Assembly: GCF_009914755.1 (NCBI RefSeq)
Contig: NC_060945.1
DNA: 64,000 nucleotides
Direction: 5' to 3' (one strand)
From: the human T2T-CHM13v2.0 reference genome, Homo sapiens
This document shows, in pieces, positions 44,291 to 62,412 of the stretch. Position 1 is the stretch's first letter; every line of letters starts with the position of its first letter. The notes beneath the pieces are model-generated. The model had not been told where the DNA came from. It did not search any database and saw only the letters and a list, made by a program, of their open reading frames with translations. Position numbers and translations under genes: made by a program.

Positions 44291-44841
44291 TTGATACAAT
44301 TTTGGTAAATTTTAAGGAACGAAATTAAACCAGAAAAAGCAAACCCAAATATACTTAGATATAATGTCACAAGTGAGCTATTGATGTATAATATCATAAA
44401 CAAATGATTTTGGTAGAATTTCTGGTATTAATTATATTAAAAAGGATAAAATATGAGTTAGTAGTTTCAGTTACATGAGATAACAAAAAAGGTAGCCATG
44501 TTAATTTGGTGCCAAACTTTGGTAAATTTATTCAAAATACTCTAATATGAATAAACATTATAACCATTTTAAGACACATTTTACAATACTGTATCTGGAG
44601 CTATTTCTTTAAGGTCAAATTACCATTCAGTTACTTTCCTAGGAGATGTTAAGTAGGACCAGGGAAAAGTACTTACGTTGATTGGAGCAGAGCCGTTCTC
44701 TGCCTTACTAATCTCTTTTTAACAAGAACTATTAAAAACTACTTGGCCTTCATTAAGTTAAATGGATGAGGACAATGGGAAGAAAACAAAAAAAGAAGAA
44801 CCAAACTTACATAAAACATTTAAAAAAAGAGCTCATTATGA

Positions 44842-45225
<384 letters not shown>

Positions 45226-45309
45226 ATACATTCTTTTTTATAAGATATTAGTATACTTTGTTTTTGAAATAATAAATACTAGTTCCTTATTATGTATATT
45301 TATATATGC

Positions 45310-45500
45310 ATACTTAAAAATATGGTGAATAATGACTGTGTATCAGGCTCTGTTCTAGGCACTGGAAGTTGTCAGTAAATAAAGGAGGCCAAAATCCCTG
45401 CCTTAGAGACATACATTTTGGTCTCTAAAATGAGAGACAGAAAATAAGTAACATTAATACACAAAATATAAATCATATTAGATAATGATATATATTATGG
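45310..45500 (-). mobile_element. L2 3' end
   Basis: ctgtgtatcaggctctgttctaggcactgga...aaaatccctgcc. Confidence 0.65.
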
Positions 45501-46499
45501 AGTGTTGTTTTTTACATTGAATTTTTGCCATGTAAATATTTAAATTTTTACATGGAGTTATGAGAAGAGTTAATTCAAAAGGTGAACTCCAAAGGGAGGG
45601 ATTTCAAGTTTCCAGGGAGGCCACCACCTCTGCTGAGCTACCACTCTGGGACATGAGTATAGAGTGGAAGGAAAGAGAGGATAAACTGGGCCCTAAATGC
45701 CATCTATATCTTTCCATCAGCAGCATGTCTAATGACCAGAAACTTCTAAGAATGATAGTCACTGCTTCACTTCTTTCTTCCAAAGCTCTTGCAAGCAACA
45801 AGAGTTGCAATGACCAGACTAAATCTATGCTGGACCATATAGAAATGAGAATTTAGAGAACGTACCCAGTTTCATTCTTCAGCAGTGAAGCAACAGTAAA
45901 AAGTCATCATTTATATTTAATCTTTTAAATCTATTTAACTTCCAAAGACAATAGCAATATCATGATTCCATAAAGCATAAGGGAATTATTGCTTACACAA
46001 CAATGACAGACATACTAACCCTCTCTTCAAAACAGTAAAACATCCCACATAGTTCATCTTGGTAATGAACTATAAATGATGTTCATTGTTTTAGCTGGCA
46101 TATAATTCTCTTTTAAAAATTAATATTTTGAAATTAAATATTGAGATATAGGATTAACTACTATTAGCATTATTTTATTTAACATGTTTTATTTTTGGCA
46201 GTTAAAAAGGGAGCCAATTCAAAGGCATCAGTTAATATTTACAAAGAATATAAAACTGTTCAGATGTTCATGGTAGGTATGTATAAATTCTTTTTTTTTT
46301 ACGACTGCACAATCCATATCTGCTTTTTTCTCAGCAAGCATGTCAAATAATTGTGATTTCTCACCTTTATTCCTGGAGAATTTGTGTTATTAACAATCAT
46401 GCTTTTAATATATTCTTGAATTTTCTATTAATTTTACCACAAGCTTTAGAGTAGTAAGAAGTAACCTTGATTATATTCTGAGTTTTAAGTGTATTTCTC

Positions 46500-46930
46500 C
46501 CTGCCTACATTGTGTATTGACAACTCATTTTTTCTTGATAGTAATAATTCATTGTCTCAGTCGACTAGGGAAATGGACAAGGTAAGCCTAATGACTGCCC
46601 CAATTTATTGCTTAGAGAATGTTAATAGGCCATGGCACAGGACTGGGAAATCCAGGAAATCTACTCCAAGTGAGGAGACACAGCTAGAAGTTCAAAGAAG
46701 TCAAGATAGCTAGAGTTCATAAAAAAGAGTACAGGAGAAGGGAAAACTGCGATAAAATAAAATCCAGAGATCTCAAAAGATTCGTCCAGAATATTCAGTT
46801 AAGTAGAAATCAGTGCGTGTGTGTGAGGAAACTATCAAAATCCAGAGAAAACCACCTGAAAAGTTTAGAGAGAACAATGCTTGAGACTTACGCAGGGCCG
46901 GAAACATGCCTGTTTTCCACAGCCAGAGAC
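46500..46930 (+). mobile_element. Old L1M (MC/MD-like) 5' UTR fragment
   Basis: ggtaagcctaatgactgcccca...gtgtgaggaaacta...aaaaccacctgaaa. Confidence 0.5.
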
Positions 46931-46954
46931 ACACTCTTTCATATTTGAGAATTT

Positions 46955-47070
46955 GTCTCTCTTTTTTTTCTTTTCTTTCTCTCTCCCTCTCTCTCATTCT
47001 CTCCTTTCTCTCTCTCTTCTCTCTTCTTTCTCTCTCTCTCTCTCTCTCTCTCTCCTTCTCTCTTCCCTTC
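46955..47070. repeat. (CT)-rich polypyrimidine tract (expanded Alu tail)
   Basis: About 115 bp of almost only C/T. Confidence 0.9.
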
Positions 47071-47298
47071 TTTTTTGACAGACTTTTGCTATTATTGCCC
47101 AGGCTGGAGTGCAATGGCATGATCTCAGCTCACTTCAACCCCTGCCTCCCGGATTTCTCCTGCTTCAGTCTCCTGAGTAGCTGGGATTACAGGCGCCTGC
47201 CACTATGCCTGGCTAATTTTTTGTATTTTTAGTAGAGACGGGGGTTTCACCATGTTGGCCAGGCTTGTCTCGAACTCCTGACCTCAGGTGATCCACCT
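47071..47298 (-). mobile_element. AluSq/Sp-like, 5'-truncated with small internal deletion
   Basis: ttgcccaggctggagtgcaatggc...cctgacctcaggtgatccacc. Confidence 0.9.
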
Positions 47299-47693
47299 TC
47301 TGCCTACATTTAGTAATTAATCTTATTGTAAATTTCTAATGAATTGTAAATTATTTCAGCAAAATTCTACTTCTCTTTTCATCCTTTTGTGTAAACCTGT
47401 TAATAATGAACTCATCACTCATATCCAGTTTAAAGATGAACATGGATTGATAGTAAATACTTGTGAATTTTTTCAAGTAAAAAAAAAGTATGCTATAAGA
47501 TGTACTTTCATTTTTGATGTTTTTCTTCTATTAGAAATAAATAATTTTATTTCTATAGAAGTTATTATACTGGATAATATTTTATCTTCCATATTACTTA
47601 TTATTTTTCTAATTTCCTAGTCTATTTTCTAATTTTTATTCCACATTAATTATAATAATATAAAAGTTCCCCTTCATATATTGATTAGATTTT

Positions 47694-47990
47694 CTTTTTG
47701 GTGTGTGTGTGACAGAGTCTCACTCTGTCGCCGAGGCTGGACTGCAGTGTCGTGATCTTGGCTCACTGAAACCTCTGCCCCTCGGGTTTCAAGCGATTCT
47801 CCTGCCGCAGCCTCCCAAGTAGCTGGGATTACAGTCATCCACCACCATGCCCAGATAATTTTTGTATTTTTAGTAGAGACAGAGTTTCCCCATGTTGGCC
47901 AAGCTGGTCTCAAATTCCTGGCCTCAAGTGATCCACCTGCCTCAGCCTCCAAAGTGCAGGGATTACAGATGTGAGCCACCACGCCTGGCC
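47694..47990 (-). mobile_element. AluSx/Sz-like, full length
   Basis: TSD tgattagatttt (47682-47693, 47991-48002). Confidence 0.92.
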
Positions 47991-48411
47991 TGATTAGATT
48001 TTTATCAGTGACTTCTGTGTGCCTCATGGTTTCTAATTGCGCTTCAGTCTCTATTTTCAACTCATTTACCTGCTTAGTCATCACATCTTTGAGGTCTTGA
48101 GCTCACGTTAGCTAAAGGTTCTAATTTTATCATATGAGACACTTCAGGGAATTTTTTGGTCACTTATTTTTGAAAGTATTACATTTTTAATCCTTCTTTT
48201 TCAAATTTACTTACCCTTCTGTCATGAGATTTTATATTTGCCATATTATTTATTTCTAGTCGATTCATGTTTAATCCAGGATTTTTATTACAACATGCCC
48301 AGATATACTGTTTGCTTTAATATAGTGAACCTGTGTTAACATTTCCCATGTAGAACTGCTCCGTTTTTCCACCTTCAGAAGGACACACTTTGGAGAATAG
48401 TGTTGCTTTTT

Positions 48412-48716
<305 letters not shown>

Positions 48717-50067
48717 TAGTGTTGCTTTTTAATTCCCCTTTTGCTTGGAGGTGAAAATGAGCTTGGGAAGAACTCACTGGGAGTATTACATATCATATTT
48801 GCAAATAGGGCTCTATTTTTTCTCTTAAACATTATATTAAATTTCGTATCGCAAAGCAATCAACAGGAAACTCACCTGATTTCCATGGCCTTTTATTTGC
48901 TTTCATACTCAAAATAGTGTCCTCTAAGAGAAAAAGTGCTGATTTCTTTTTCTGCTTTTGTAGGCTTTAAAGCTAGTGTGTAGAACAAAAGAAAAAACTG
49001 GAGGCTCAAAACCAAAATTTATAAATAAATATGTAATATTTCTAACATTTGGTAATATGGAATGGGATAAAATATTTATAACCAAATTATGTAGTACAAT
49101 TGGAATCACTTGCCTCTAGGAAAGCCTTAGTCAAAACAGACAACCATATAAGATGGTTTAGGCATGAAAGTAGAAAGGAATGAATGATATAGTTTTCATT
49201 AACAGAAACCCATGTAAATATAATTAAGCACTTATTTAGACATGAGTGCCAATGCATTTGTGTCTTCCCTTTGGGTTTTAATTGGGTGCTGATGCTGTGA
49301 ACCATATGTACATATTTATAAATAGCAAACATTAACTTGCATACTTTGCAGAAAGTATCACCATAATGCTAAGTATAATTTTTATTAGTTCAGGCTCATT
49401 ATCTTAACAATTTTAAAGAGAACAATATTCTCCATAAGATGCTACACGCCTACATTCTGTTAAAATCAAAATATTAAAGAATTAACATATTGGCTGAGCA
49501 GTACTACTCCAGAAATGTATTGAGAATCGTATCCTTAGAAATTCAATATATAGTGGAAGATGTAGTAGTCAAATGAAAAACATCTTTTTTTAATTCTCTA
49601 AATTCACTAATCAATTTAGTGTATGAGAGAAATAAATTTACATATTTCATGTTATCAAGAACATTTTGTAAAAACATGTTCATCACTAAAGGCCAGCGTC
49701 CCCTCTTTTTGAAGCCATCTGCAACTTTTTAATGTGTACAATCAGTATTAATTTAAAACTTATTTATTAATATACACACACGTGCACACACATATATGCT
49801 GCATATAAAACACTGCTTTTTGGAAGGGAAAATAAAACATAAAATCAGTTACTAATTTTTATGAATTTATCATCTAATTGAGGGGAGCAAGATAAGCATA
49901 TAAAGTGTTGATGTTCATAAAAGCTAATTTGTGGTATAAAAGAGCAGCAAAAGAAATAGTATGTCTAAGAAAAAATTATAATCAAGTCTGTATGTCATAA
50001 TAAAGTGGGCAATGTTTGAACTGAACATCAACATATGAAGAGAATGTTGTTACAGAGGTTAAGTGGT

Positions 50068-50627
50068 AAGAGAATAAGCAGCTCCAGGTAGCCGGGCACT
50101 GATCTGACTCTCACTGCTAGACTGTGGTGTCCTCAGGAGCTATCTGGCATGCACAGTCATCCTTCGATGACCTCCAGTTGAAAGTAAACAATTTCACAGA
50201 AAACCAGTATTAGACAAGGTCACATTGTGTACTACAAAGGAGACAAAAAGCTAAGCCTAGAGAAAAAAAAAAAAAAGAAGGTCACTCATCATACCCCCAA
50301 ATTATCAAACATTTCCGTTTCTCAGCTTACTGCTGCTTTCTTCCAATGAAAACTTCAACCTCATTTCAAGTTTTCATCTTTCTAGATCTGATGGATAGGA
50401 TACACAATCTTGGCCTTACTCCTTCCTGAAAGGAAAAAAAATCTTGCTTTCAGGAACCATCCTCCAAATCACTAAACACAACCCCAAATTCCATAAGTAT
50501 TTCCTAAAATTTTAGTGAGATGTCTCATAATTCTGGTTTATGATTTTCCTTGCAATGAACTACCATGCCCAACTTTGTTTAAATACAAGTGTGCTTCTAG
50601 TGGTCTTTTGGCTGGAGAACACTGGCA
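50068..50627 (+). mobile_element. MER67-like ERV1 solo LTR
   Basis: aaacaatttcacagaa...agacaaggtcac; 3' end cccaactttgtt...gtggtcttttggctggag...ggca. Confidence 0.6.
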
Positions 50628-51229
50628 GTGTCTGGATAATATTATTACAGCGGGTGGGATGCTTCTGGCTTCATAAAGAGCTTAGTGTTGCCAGTTGCAT
50701 TACTAAGGATGCTAAAAACAAAGGGTTGGCACAGTCAAGGATTAAAAAGAGTAAATAAAAGGATCATTTACAAATGTGTGGGAAGAGTTAAGAGAAGAGA
50801 GAAGATTCTGAGGCATCCAGGAATAGTAACATCAGAAAGCATTCATCACCTCCAGTCTTGAAAAGCAGAGGAAGCTATATTTTTGTCGTGTAGTGCTGGA
50901 TATAAGAACTGCCTATCAGAAGCTGAGGTCTTCAGCAGATAAATACAGCTATTGGTAAGCAATTGAGACTTTAAAGTATTAACTAACTGGGGCACATAAA
51001 AGTTTGGACAAGGGTAAAGATTGTGGAGATTGGATCTGGAGGATAAATGGAGAATATTAAGAATTAAACAAAAGGGGTTGATTTTTATCTATGTATAATT
51101 GTGAGCATGCATTCAGGATAAAGTTCAGCATCAGAACCACTATTTTGAAAATAGTGAAAGAGAAATGTATTCCTTAGAAACAGAATTTTTTTCATACTTA
51201 TCTTGTCATAAAGTATCTATCCATAGTAC

Positions 51230-52400
51230 ATTTAGGAAAGATGGGGTTGGAAAGCAAAGTGAAGGCCAAATTGTAGAAACTCTCAGTAGTTAAACTACAG
51301 AGATTAGGTATCATTCCCCAAAAAGGATTTGGAGATTTCAGCTGGGTGTGGTGACTTATGCCTGTAATCCCAGCACTTTGGGAGTCTCAGGTGGGTGGAT
51401 CCTCTGAGGTCAGGAGTTCCAGACCAGCCTGGCCAACATGGTGAAACCCTGTGTCTACAAAAAATACAAAAACTAGCTAGGCATAGTGGCAGGTGCCTAT
51501 AACCCCAGCTACTTGGGAGGTTGAGGCAGGAGAATTGCTTGAAGCGGGAGGCAGAAATTGCCAAGATTACGCCACTGCACTCCACCCTGAGCAACAGAGT
51601 GAGACTTTGTCTCAAAAATATAAATAAATAAATAAACAAATGGAGATCTCAACATTGCATTTAAAGCAATGTTTAAGGAGAGTTAATACGGTGTTAGGAA
51701 TGGTAGAAATATGTCAGGTAGAAACAGGAACAGGAGTAAAGTTTGAGAATTTGAGTTTACAGATTTTAATGATTTTGAGATGTGAAGGACCTAATATAAA
51801 ATGATAGCATTATATGATCCAAACAATTACATATTAAACAATTTACCAACGAATTTATAGGTGACTGATTAGCACTAGCAGCCATGGAGAAGGATAGAAT
51901 TAGATGTACTTGAAGTTTTCAGCTATGGCATTTGGGAAATGCCAGAATCTCTACATTATAAAATTGAATTAAGAGAATTTTGTTGTGGAAAAAAAAAATC
52001 TCACTTGAAGTCATGCCATTTATAAGTCAATACCAGTAATAGTTGAAAATATGACAGGGGTGCAAAGAGGTTAGTTTAGGATGAAATGAGTTAGGACATA
52101 TCTCTACATCCATTTCAAGAGATTCAAAATGCAACAAAATTGAAATTATGTCAGAAGACTATGGCAAGGAGAAGATTGAGACAAGTAGGAACAGGAGGGA
52201 AAAAAAGAAAAAGAAATTGAGATCACACGAGAGGGGCATGGTTTGGAACAGATACTTATGAATTCTAAAGGGAAGCTTTTAAAGACAGGGCAGAAATTCA
52301 GGCATATGAAAGCTACATATCAAAGAGCATTAACATTAGTATGATACAAGGGTTTCAAATCATTTTCCCATGATAAGCAATAGGATGCTTTCATTTAAAA
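51230..52400 (-). mobile_element. Degenerate L2, split by an Alu
   Basis: Purine-rich antisense L2 pattern (gaaggccaaattgtaga..., gaagttttcagc...). Confidence 0.45.
51340..51640 (+). mobile_element. AluSx/Sz-like
   Basis: Dimeric Alu, (AAAT)n tail; TSD tggagat(t/c)tc. Confidence 0.92.
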
Positions 52401-52863
52401 TGAGCAGAGGTATGCCAAAGTGGTGAGATATTTAAAAGACACCTCATTTTCTAGCAGAATATAGTAAACATATTAAGAGAAGAGTATGGCAATCAGAAAT
52501 TTAGCAAGAAATAAAGCTGCACACTGATACAATTTTTTTTCTCTTCTCCATCCATGTATTTGTGGTAAAAACATTTCTCCATGACTGTTTTTCCTGTTGT
52601 ATCCATTTGTGGACATTAAAGCAATTAATATACCTGTATTACACATATTTGCTGCCTTTAAATCAGCTATCCAAATTAATTGGATAATTTCTGCAAATAA
52701 TATAAAAATGTAAGAATGTGTATGGCATAAGTTTAGTGAATATTTGATGCTTGGAGCCTCAGCCACAGTTTCTGAAGCAATGTTTTCAAATACAATGAAG
52801 TTAGAATCACAAAATATTGAGTCAACACTTTATTTTCTATACTTTAAGTAATCTCCCACTTTC

Positions 52864-53635
<772 letters not shown>

Positions 53636-55545
53636 TATGTATCATGTAACACACATACACACATATATTATTTATTTTTCTTCTTCCATAGATGAGTACT
53701 TGGAGTTGCACAGCCATATTCTAACAGAAGCATGGGAAAAAGGGATATGATAGTTCAAAACTTTATCTGAATGGAAATTGTCATTATTTCTCAATTTAAA
53801 TTATGTTTATGTTACAGTGTAGAGTTTTTATTACATGCAGTATTTCAGTTACAGGAGATGATTGTAGTTTGGAAATGAGGGAGATCAGGATGTATAAATT
53901 TGATAAGAAATTTACTTGGATAAGTACAGATGTATTTAATAACATTGCCTAAGACATTGTGAATGTTTCTGTAATGGGGAAAAATCACAGGAGCATGTAA
54001 AATATAAAAATATATGAAATCACTTAATTAAAAATAATTATGCATTTTTAATAACTAAATAAAACCTTGTGATTTTGTAAGATGTCAACTTGTATGTAGA
54101 TTATGAGAAATTTTTTATAATAAATTCCTTCCACTTTATAATTACCTACACAGAGTAAATCTTGTCCAATAATCTCTTTTATCACTTAATAATTATTCTG
54201 ATGATATTAGTAGGGTTTATCCACCATTTCATAATTTCTGTGGGGAAAAACAAGCTAAGGTAAGTGTTCATGTGCTTAATTTTTGTCTCTTCAAAATTTG
54301 GCCTGACTGCTCTTAATTTTTGTCTGACTTCTAAGTGATTTCTTTTTGCTACACCAGAGCATGAATAATGATAGAGATCAATCTAGGAGGAAGTTAAAAA
54401 ACCACAGCTTTAAAGTGGTTGACTGAACCTCTTCAATGTGGTTGAAAATAATAATGAAATATTGATCCAAACATCCCATTTGCCTTTCTTTGGTTTCTTC
54501 CCTTTGTAGATAAGAGTATTATACATCATGATCAAGATACTAAATTATCTATGACATTTTGCAAAATGATTTTAAAATAATTATTTAACTCTTGCCACAT
54601 AAAACAACACATACTTTGATGGAACGCCATTCTCCTTAGGGTGACTTAAAGAATCTATATTTGGCCATATATTTGAGGCTCTTACGAGGTTGTATATTTA
54701 ACTTTAATGCATTAAATCTAGTTTATTTTGTATTCCCATTGGAGAATAAGTTTATGATATTAAGACTAGCCATCTGATCTAACTCTCAGTTTACTCATTT
54801 GAGGAATAGTGAACTGCCAGAGAATGAGCTTACTTTGAGTAAAATTAAGCTGTAAATTAAAATGCATGGTGTTTAAGACAGGTATTTTCCTCACAGGGAT
54901 ACACTGATAAGTACTCTGGTCTGTCCTTGAGGGGGAATTTCTGAATATCTCTGGGATTCTCTCTGTGCAGCTGTCTCCTCTCTCCTACCCTATCCTGTGA
55001 AGTTTCACCTCTCTTATTTCCAGAACACCCAGCTATTCCCCTTCAACGTAGGGATTCAGTGAACCTCCAATTTGGCCCTTCCCACCTCCCCTGCCCTCAC
55101 CACCACTACCATCACCAAGTGCTGCTCCCTCAAGGTGTTAAGTAAGAGCAATCTTAGAGCTCATCTAGTTTGTATTATCAATCACTGTCATTCATTGCGT
55201 GATGTCCATTGTCTTCTAAGCCATTGGTTCATGTATTTTATTTTAATTTCCTTTGTTTCATTGTTTTGGTTTTGGTTGTTTCAGGCAGGAAGGCAAATCA
55301 GCTCTCTGTTACTCCATATTGGCCAAAAGTGAAAGTTATTTGCTATTATTTTAATTGGAATTATGATGGATAAATAGATCAGTTTGGGAAAAACAGATAT
55401 ATCAATTGGATTGTGTTCTCTAATGTATAAATACGGTATAATTTTATATTGATATAGGTCTCCATTAGTTTATTACAGTGATGTTTTCTGTCTTTCGAGG
55501 TAGAACTGCAGTACGTTATACGTTATATGTACTTATGGGTATTAT

Positions 55546-55922
55546 TATCTTAGTCTGTTCCTGCTGCTATAACAAACTATCTTAAACGGAGTCATTTATA
55601 AACAGGACAAATGTATTGCTCATAGTTATGGAAGCTAGGAAGTTCAAGATCAAGCCATCAGCAGGCCCAGAGCCTGGTGATAGCCAGGTCTAGTTTTGGT
55701 TTTCAAGAAGTCACCTTGCTGTGTCTTCACTTGGCAGAAGGACAGAAAGCCAAAAGGGCCTGCCTAATTTCCTCCAGCCCTTTCATAAGGGCATTCATGC
55801 CATCTGTGGAGCCTCTGCCCTTGTGACTTGATCATCTCCTAAAGGCTCATCCACTTAATACTATCACATTGGTATTAAGTATTGACATATAAGTTTTGGG
55901 TAGACACATTCAGACCACAGCA
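55546..55922 (-). mobile_element. MLT1A/MST-like LTR
   Basis: tcttagtctgttcctgctgctataacaaa...cacattcagaccacagca. Confidence 0.8.
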
Positions 55923-56014
55923 GGTATTTTATATCTTTGAAGCTGCAGTGAACGTTTTATTTAAAAGAAAACAATTTTTTATTGTTTATTGCCATTATAT
56001 AAAGATGCTAATGA

Positions 56015-56549
<535 letters not shown>

Positions 56550-56661
56550 CCCTTTTCTCCTTTTCATAGGAAGATGTTGTTTAGAGTTTCACCACAAACT
56601 AGGATATAACTAACATTTCTTTTCATAGGCTATTTTTTTATAGAATGAAGAAGTTTACTTC

Positions 56662-57414
<753 letters not shown>

Positions 57415-58167
57415 ACTTCTATTCCCAGTTTTCTGGAGATCTTTTTAGAATCATGAATAGTTATATATATATAATTATATATGAGTATACAATTATACGT
57501 ATATTTTAAATTTCTCTGTTTCTATGAAGCATTGTTTTTATAGATTTTTATGTTTAATGCCTTACTATTCATTTAAAGTGTTCAGATTTTCATTGCTAAT
57601 ATTTGTGCAAGGTTCTAATATCAGTGTTTTCTGGGCATATAAAAGGAGCAGAGTGGAACTCTCATTACTGATTTCCTGAGATTGTTATTATTTTATTATC
57701 TCTTCTTACAATGTTTAATAGAATTTAGCAGTGATGTAAACTAGGTATGAAATTTTCTTTGAGGAACAGTAGTTTTGAATTACAAATTCTTTTTTAAATA
57801 GAAAAGTGCTCAAATATCCTATTTCTTTTTGGGTTAGTGTAAGTAAAGTGGTGTATTACAAGATATTGTGTGTATTACAAGATTTTTCTCTATTACATCT
57901 ATTTCGATAAACTTATTGGCATTGAGTTGTTTATAATATTATCTTACCATCATTTCCATGCATTTTCACACTCAAAGATTGGTATACACTATTCTGTATG
58001 TCATTCTTACATTACCATTATAAAGTGTCATCACTATTATTAATCTTTTCCAAAAAACAAATTCTAATTGTTGTTGACTTTTTCTATTTTATTGATTTCT
58101 ACTCTTTTACTATTTTCTACCTTCTTACTTCTTACTTTGGTTGACTTAGTGTTTCTTTTCCTTATTT

Positions 58168-58922
58168 TCTTTTTTTTAATATATATACATTTTTAATTAT
58201 ACTTTAAGTTCTAGGGTACATGTGCACAACGTGCAGGTTTGTTACATATGTATACATGTGCCATGTTGGTGTGCTTCACCCATTAACTCGTCATTTAGCA
58301 TTAGGTATATCTCCTAATGCTATCCCTCCCCACTACCCCCACCCCACGACAGGCCCCGGTGTGTGATGTTCCCCTTCCTGTGTCCATGTGTTCTCATTGT
58401 TCAATTCTCACCTATGAGTGAGAACATGCGGTGTTTGGTTTTCTGACCTTGTGATAGTTTGCTCAGAATGATGGTTTCCAGCTTCATCCATGTACCTACA
58501 AAGGACATGAACTCATCCTTTTTTATGGCTGCATAGTATTCCATGTTGTATATGTGCCACATTTTCTTAATCCAGTCTGTCACTGATGGACATTTGGGTT
58601 GGTTCCAAGTCTTTGCTATTGTGAAGAGTGGCACAATGAACATACGTGTGCATATGTCTTTATAGCAGCATGATTTATATTCCTTTGGGTATATATCCAG
58701 TAATGGGATGGCTGGGTCAAATGGTATTTCTAGTTCTAGATCCTTGAGGAATCACCACACTGTCTTCCACAATGGTTGAACTAGTTTACAGTCCCACCAA
58801 CAGTGTAAAAGTGTTCCTATTTCTCCACATCCTCTCCAGCACCTGTTGTTTCCTGACTTTTTAATGATTGCCATTCTAACTGGTGTGACATGGTATCTCA
58901 TTGTGGTTTTGATTTGCATTTC
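58168..58922 (-). mobile_element. L1PA3/4-like, 5'-truncated (~750 bp)
   Basis: ORF 58401-58643 reads as the ORF2p C-terminus (MFI..LFTIAKTWNQPKCP...); TSD tcttttccttattt (58154-58167, 58923-58936). Confidence 0.95.
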
Positions 58923-59608
58923 TCTTTTCCTTATTTACTTAATGAGAATACTTAGATCATTGATATATACTATTTTCTATCATAGTCATGTGAAGTTATA
59001 AATTTTCATCTATGCATTATGTTCGCTACATCTTCAAAGTGGATATTTCTTTTAAATTTTCTATCATTATAATATTTTCTAATTTCCTCTATGTTTTCTT
59101 CTCTATGTTAAGTTTAGTAGTGGGTTATTTCATTTTGGCATGTTAGGGATTTACAAATTACAAATAACTTGCTGTAATTGATTTCTCTTTTAATGCTGTT
59201 AAAGTAGAACAAACTACGTTTTATTTTAAAATTACTGAGGCATTTCATGGGTTAGAATATGACATTATACAGACAATATTGGTGAGTATTCTATGTACAT
59301 GTAAAAAGAACGTCACTTAGGTCAAGCTCAGTCCACAGTGCTTAGATATTCTCCCTATTGTTCTTCCTGCATTCACTAGCAATTACTGCAAGTGTCATGT
59401 TTATATATCCAACTATAATTGTGGATTTATCTGCATTTCTTCCTTTAGTTCTGTCAATATTTGTTTAACATATTAAGACTTTTCCATTTATGTTCAAATA
59501 ACATATTTTTATTGGATGTAAACATACTTAAAAATTGTTTTCTTAACAAAATTTTATAATCTTTATAAAATAACTCTGGCAATACACCTAATGTTGAATT
59601 CTACTTTG

Positions 59609-60004
59609 TGTTACGTACTGAATCATGTTTCCTCCAAATTCATATGTTGAAGTCAAGCCTCAGTGTAACAGTGTTTAGAGATAGGGTCTTTAAGAAGATA
59701 ATTTAGGTTAAATGAAATTATAAAGGTGCAATCCTAATTTGATGAGACTAGTGTTCTTGTAAGAGAAAGAGACACCAGAACTAACTCTCTCTCTCAGCAC
59801 ATGCACAAAAAAAAAAGGCCATGTGAGGACACAATGAGAAGTTGGCCAACTACAAGCCGGGAAGAGAAGTCTCACCAAACACTAACACTATGAGCATATT
59901 GAGCTTGAACTTTCAGGCTCAGGAAATGTAAGGAAATAAATGTGTGTTGTTTAAACCGCCCAGTCTGTGGAATTTTGTTATGGCAGTCCAAGCAGACTAA
60001 TATA
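59609..60004 (+). mobile_element. MLT1A0-like LTR
   Basis: ccaaattcatatgttgaag...ccatgtgaggacaca...ttttgttatggcag..caagcagactaa. Confidence 0.85.
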
Positions 60005-60565
60005 GTCTGATATTAATAGAGCCTAACATATTAATGTATTAAGATACCATTCTTAAGTTAAATATTTTTGTACTATTGATATATCTTATTTAATGTTTTT
60101 ACATTTTATTTTCAACCTACCTCTGTTTCAACCTTTGAAGTATGTTTTTGCAAACAATACAAACTTAGATTTTATATTCAAGTATAACCTGAAAATCTTT
60201 ACCACTTAAGTGAACTTGTTTATTCCTTTACTGTTAACATAGTTGCATACTATATTTTAAGTCAAATATCTTGATGTTCGTTTTCTATTTATCATACCTG
60301 CTTCTTTTTTAGTTCTTTTCTGCTTTTATATCCTTTTTATTAGTGAATTAGGTCCACTGTTAAGCCTTTCATCTATCTGGGTTTTTGCTTTTATTATTAT
60401 TATGTATCCTTTTTGTGTTTTACTGAGCCTCTTGAATATGCCTGTTATTGTCTTTTATTAATTTCTAAAAATTCTAGCATTATTTCCCTCAAATAATTAC
60501 TCTGCTTCATTCTCTACATTCACTTCTTACGGGGACTCCAATTTTACAAATGTCATACCTTTTGA

Positions 60566-60965
<400 letters not shown>

Positions 60966-60991
60966 AGAAATTTATTATAATTACTCCTACA

Positions 60992-61320
<329 letters not shown>

Positions 61321-61949
61321 CTACTTGTTTACTGAACTCATATAAAATAAGCAAAGAGTTATTAAATATATATTTAAGTGTAAACCTTACTCCATTGTTA
61401 AATTCTGTGATGATTTATCTTTTTTTTACATTTTCAGTGGGTTATAATTTCTAAGGAATTTATGTATTAGTATTGATAAATGACATACTTATTTTGTTTC
61501 CTGTATATTTGACCATGAATTACTAATAGCTTTATCTTTTTTTTAGCAAAAAGATAAAATGTGAAGGAAAAAGAATGAAGTCTTGAGGAGATGATCAGAT
61601 GCCTTTGAAAAACAAATACTTAAGAGCTTGAGGAAGCTTCAAATAAATGAAAGCTATAAGAAAACTGTCGGTGATGGAAGGTAGACTATTAGAGAATGAA
61701 GAGTGAAGTTGCTCAGGAAAGAGAATTGGTGAGGCTTCAAGTGACATTCGTTCTGGAAAGTCAGTGGTAGCCTTGAAGACATATGATGACTATTTTACCC
61801 TTGGAGATCAGAATGCCTGGCTAGGACCATCCTGGTAATTCATCATTATTAAAAAAGTGCACCAATTTCATCAGTACGGATAATTCAAGAACAAATTTTT
61901 AAAATCTGGAATGTTCTAATGTAAGACAAGCATGAAATCTCAGGGTTGC

Positions 61950-62015
61950 TTTCATTCAATAAATGAATTATAATCATTTATTGAGTACATACTATGTGCA
62001 AAAGTGCTATGGGAG
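61950..62015 (-). mobile_element. L2 3' terminus
   Basis: ttcattcaataaat...catttattgagtacatactatgtgc. Confidence 0.65.
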
Positions 62016-62085
62016 GCAGGATGGCCTTATTTCAGGGTGCTCCCCCTCCAAACACAATTTAGTACTTGCCTGTGATACAGGATAG

Positions 62086-62412
<327 letters not shown>

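Noticed and set aside
45560-45856. 98-aa ATG ORF in a slightly GC-richer patch
   Set aside because: No recognisable homology or splice context; the sequence resembles a decayed MaLR LTR.
46773-47232. ER-rich and SL-rich ORFs
   Set aside because: Translations of the (CT)n tract plus Alu.
58401-58643. 80-aa ORF2p-like ORF
   Set aside because: Fragment of a 5'-truncated L1PA, not a gene.
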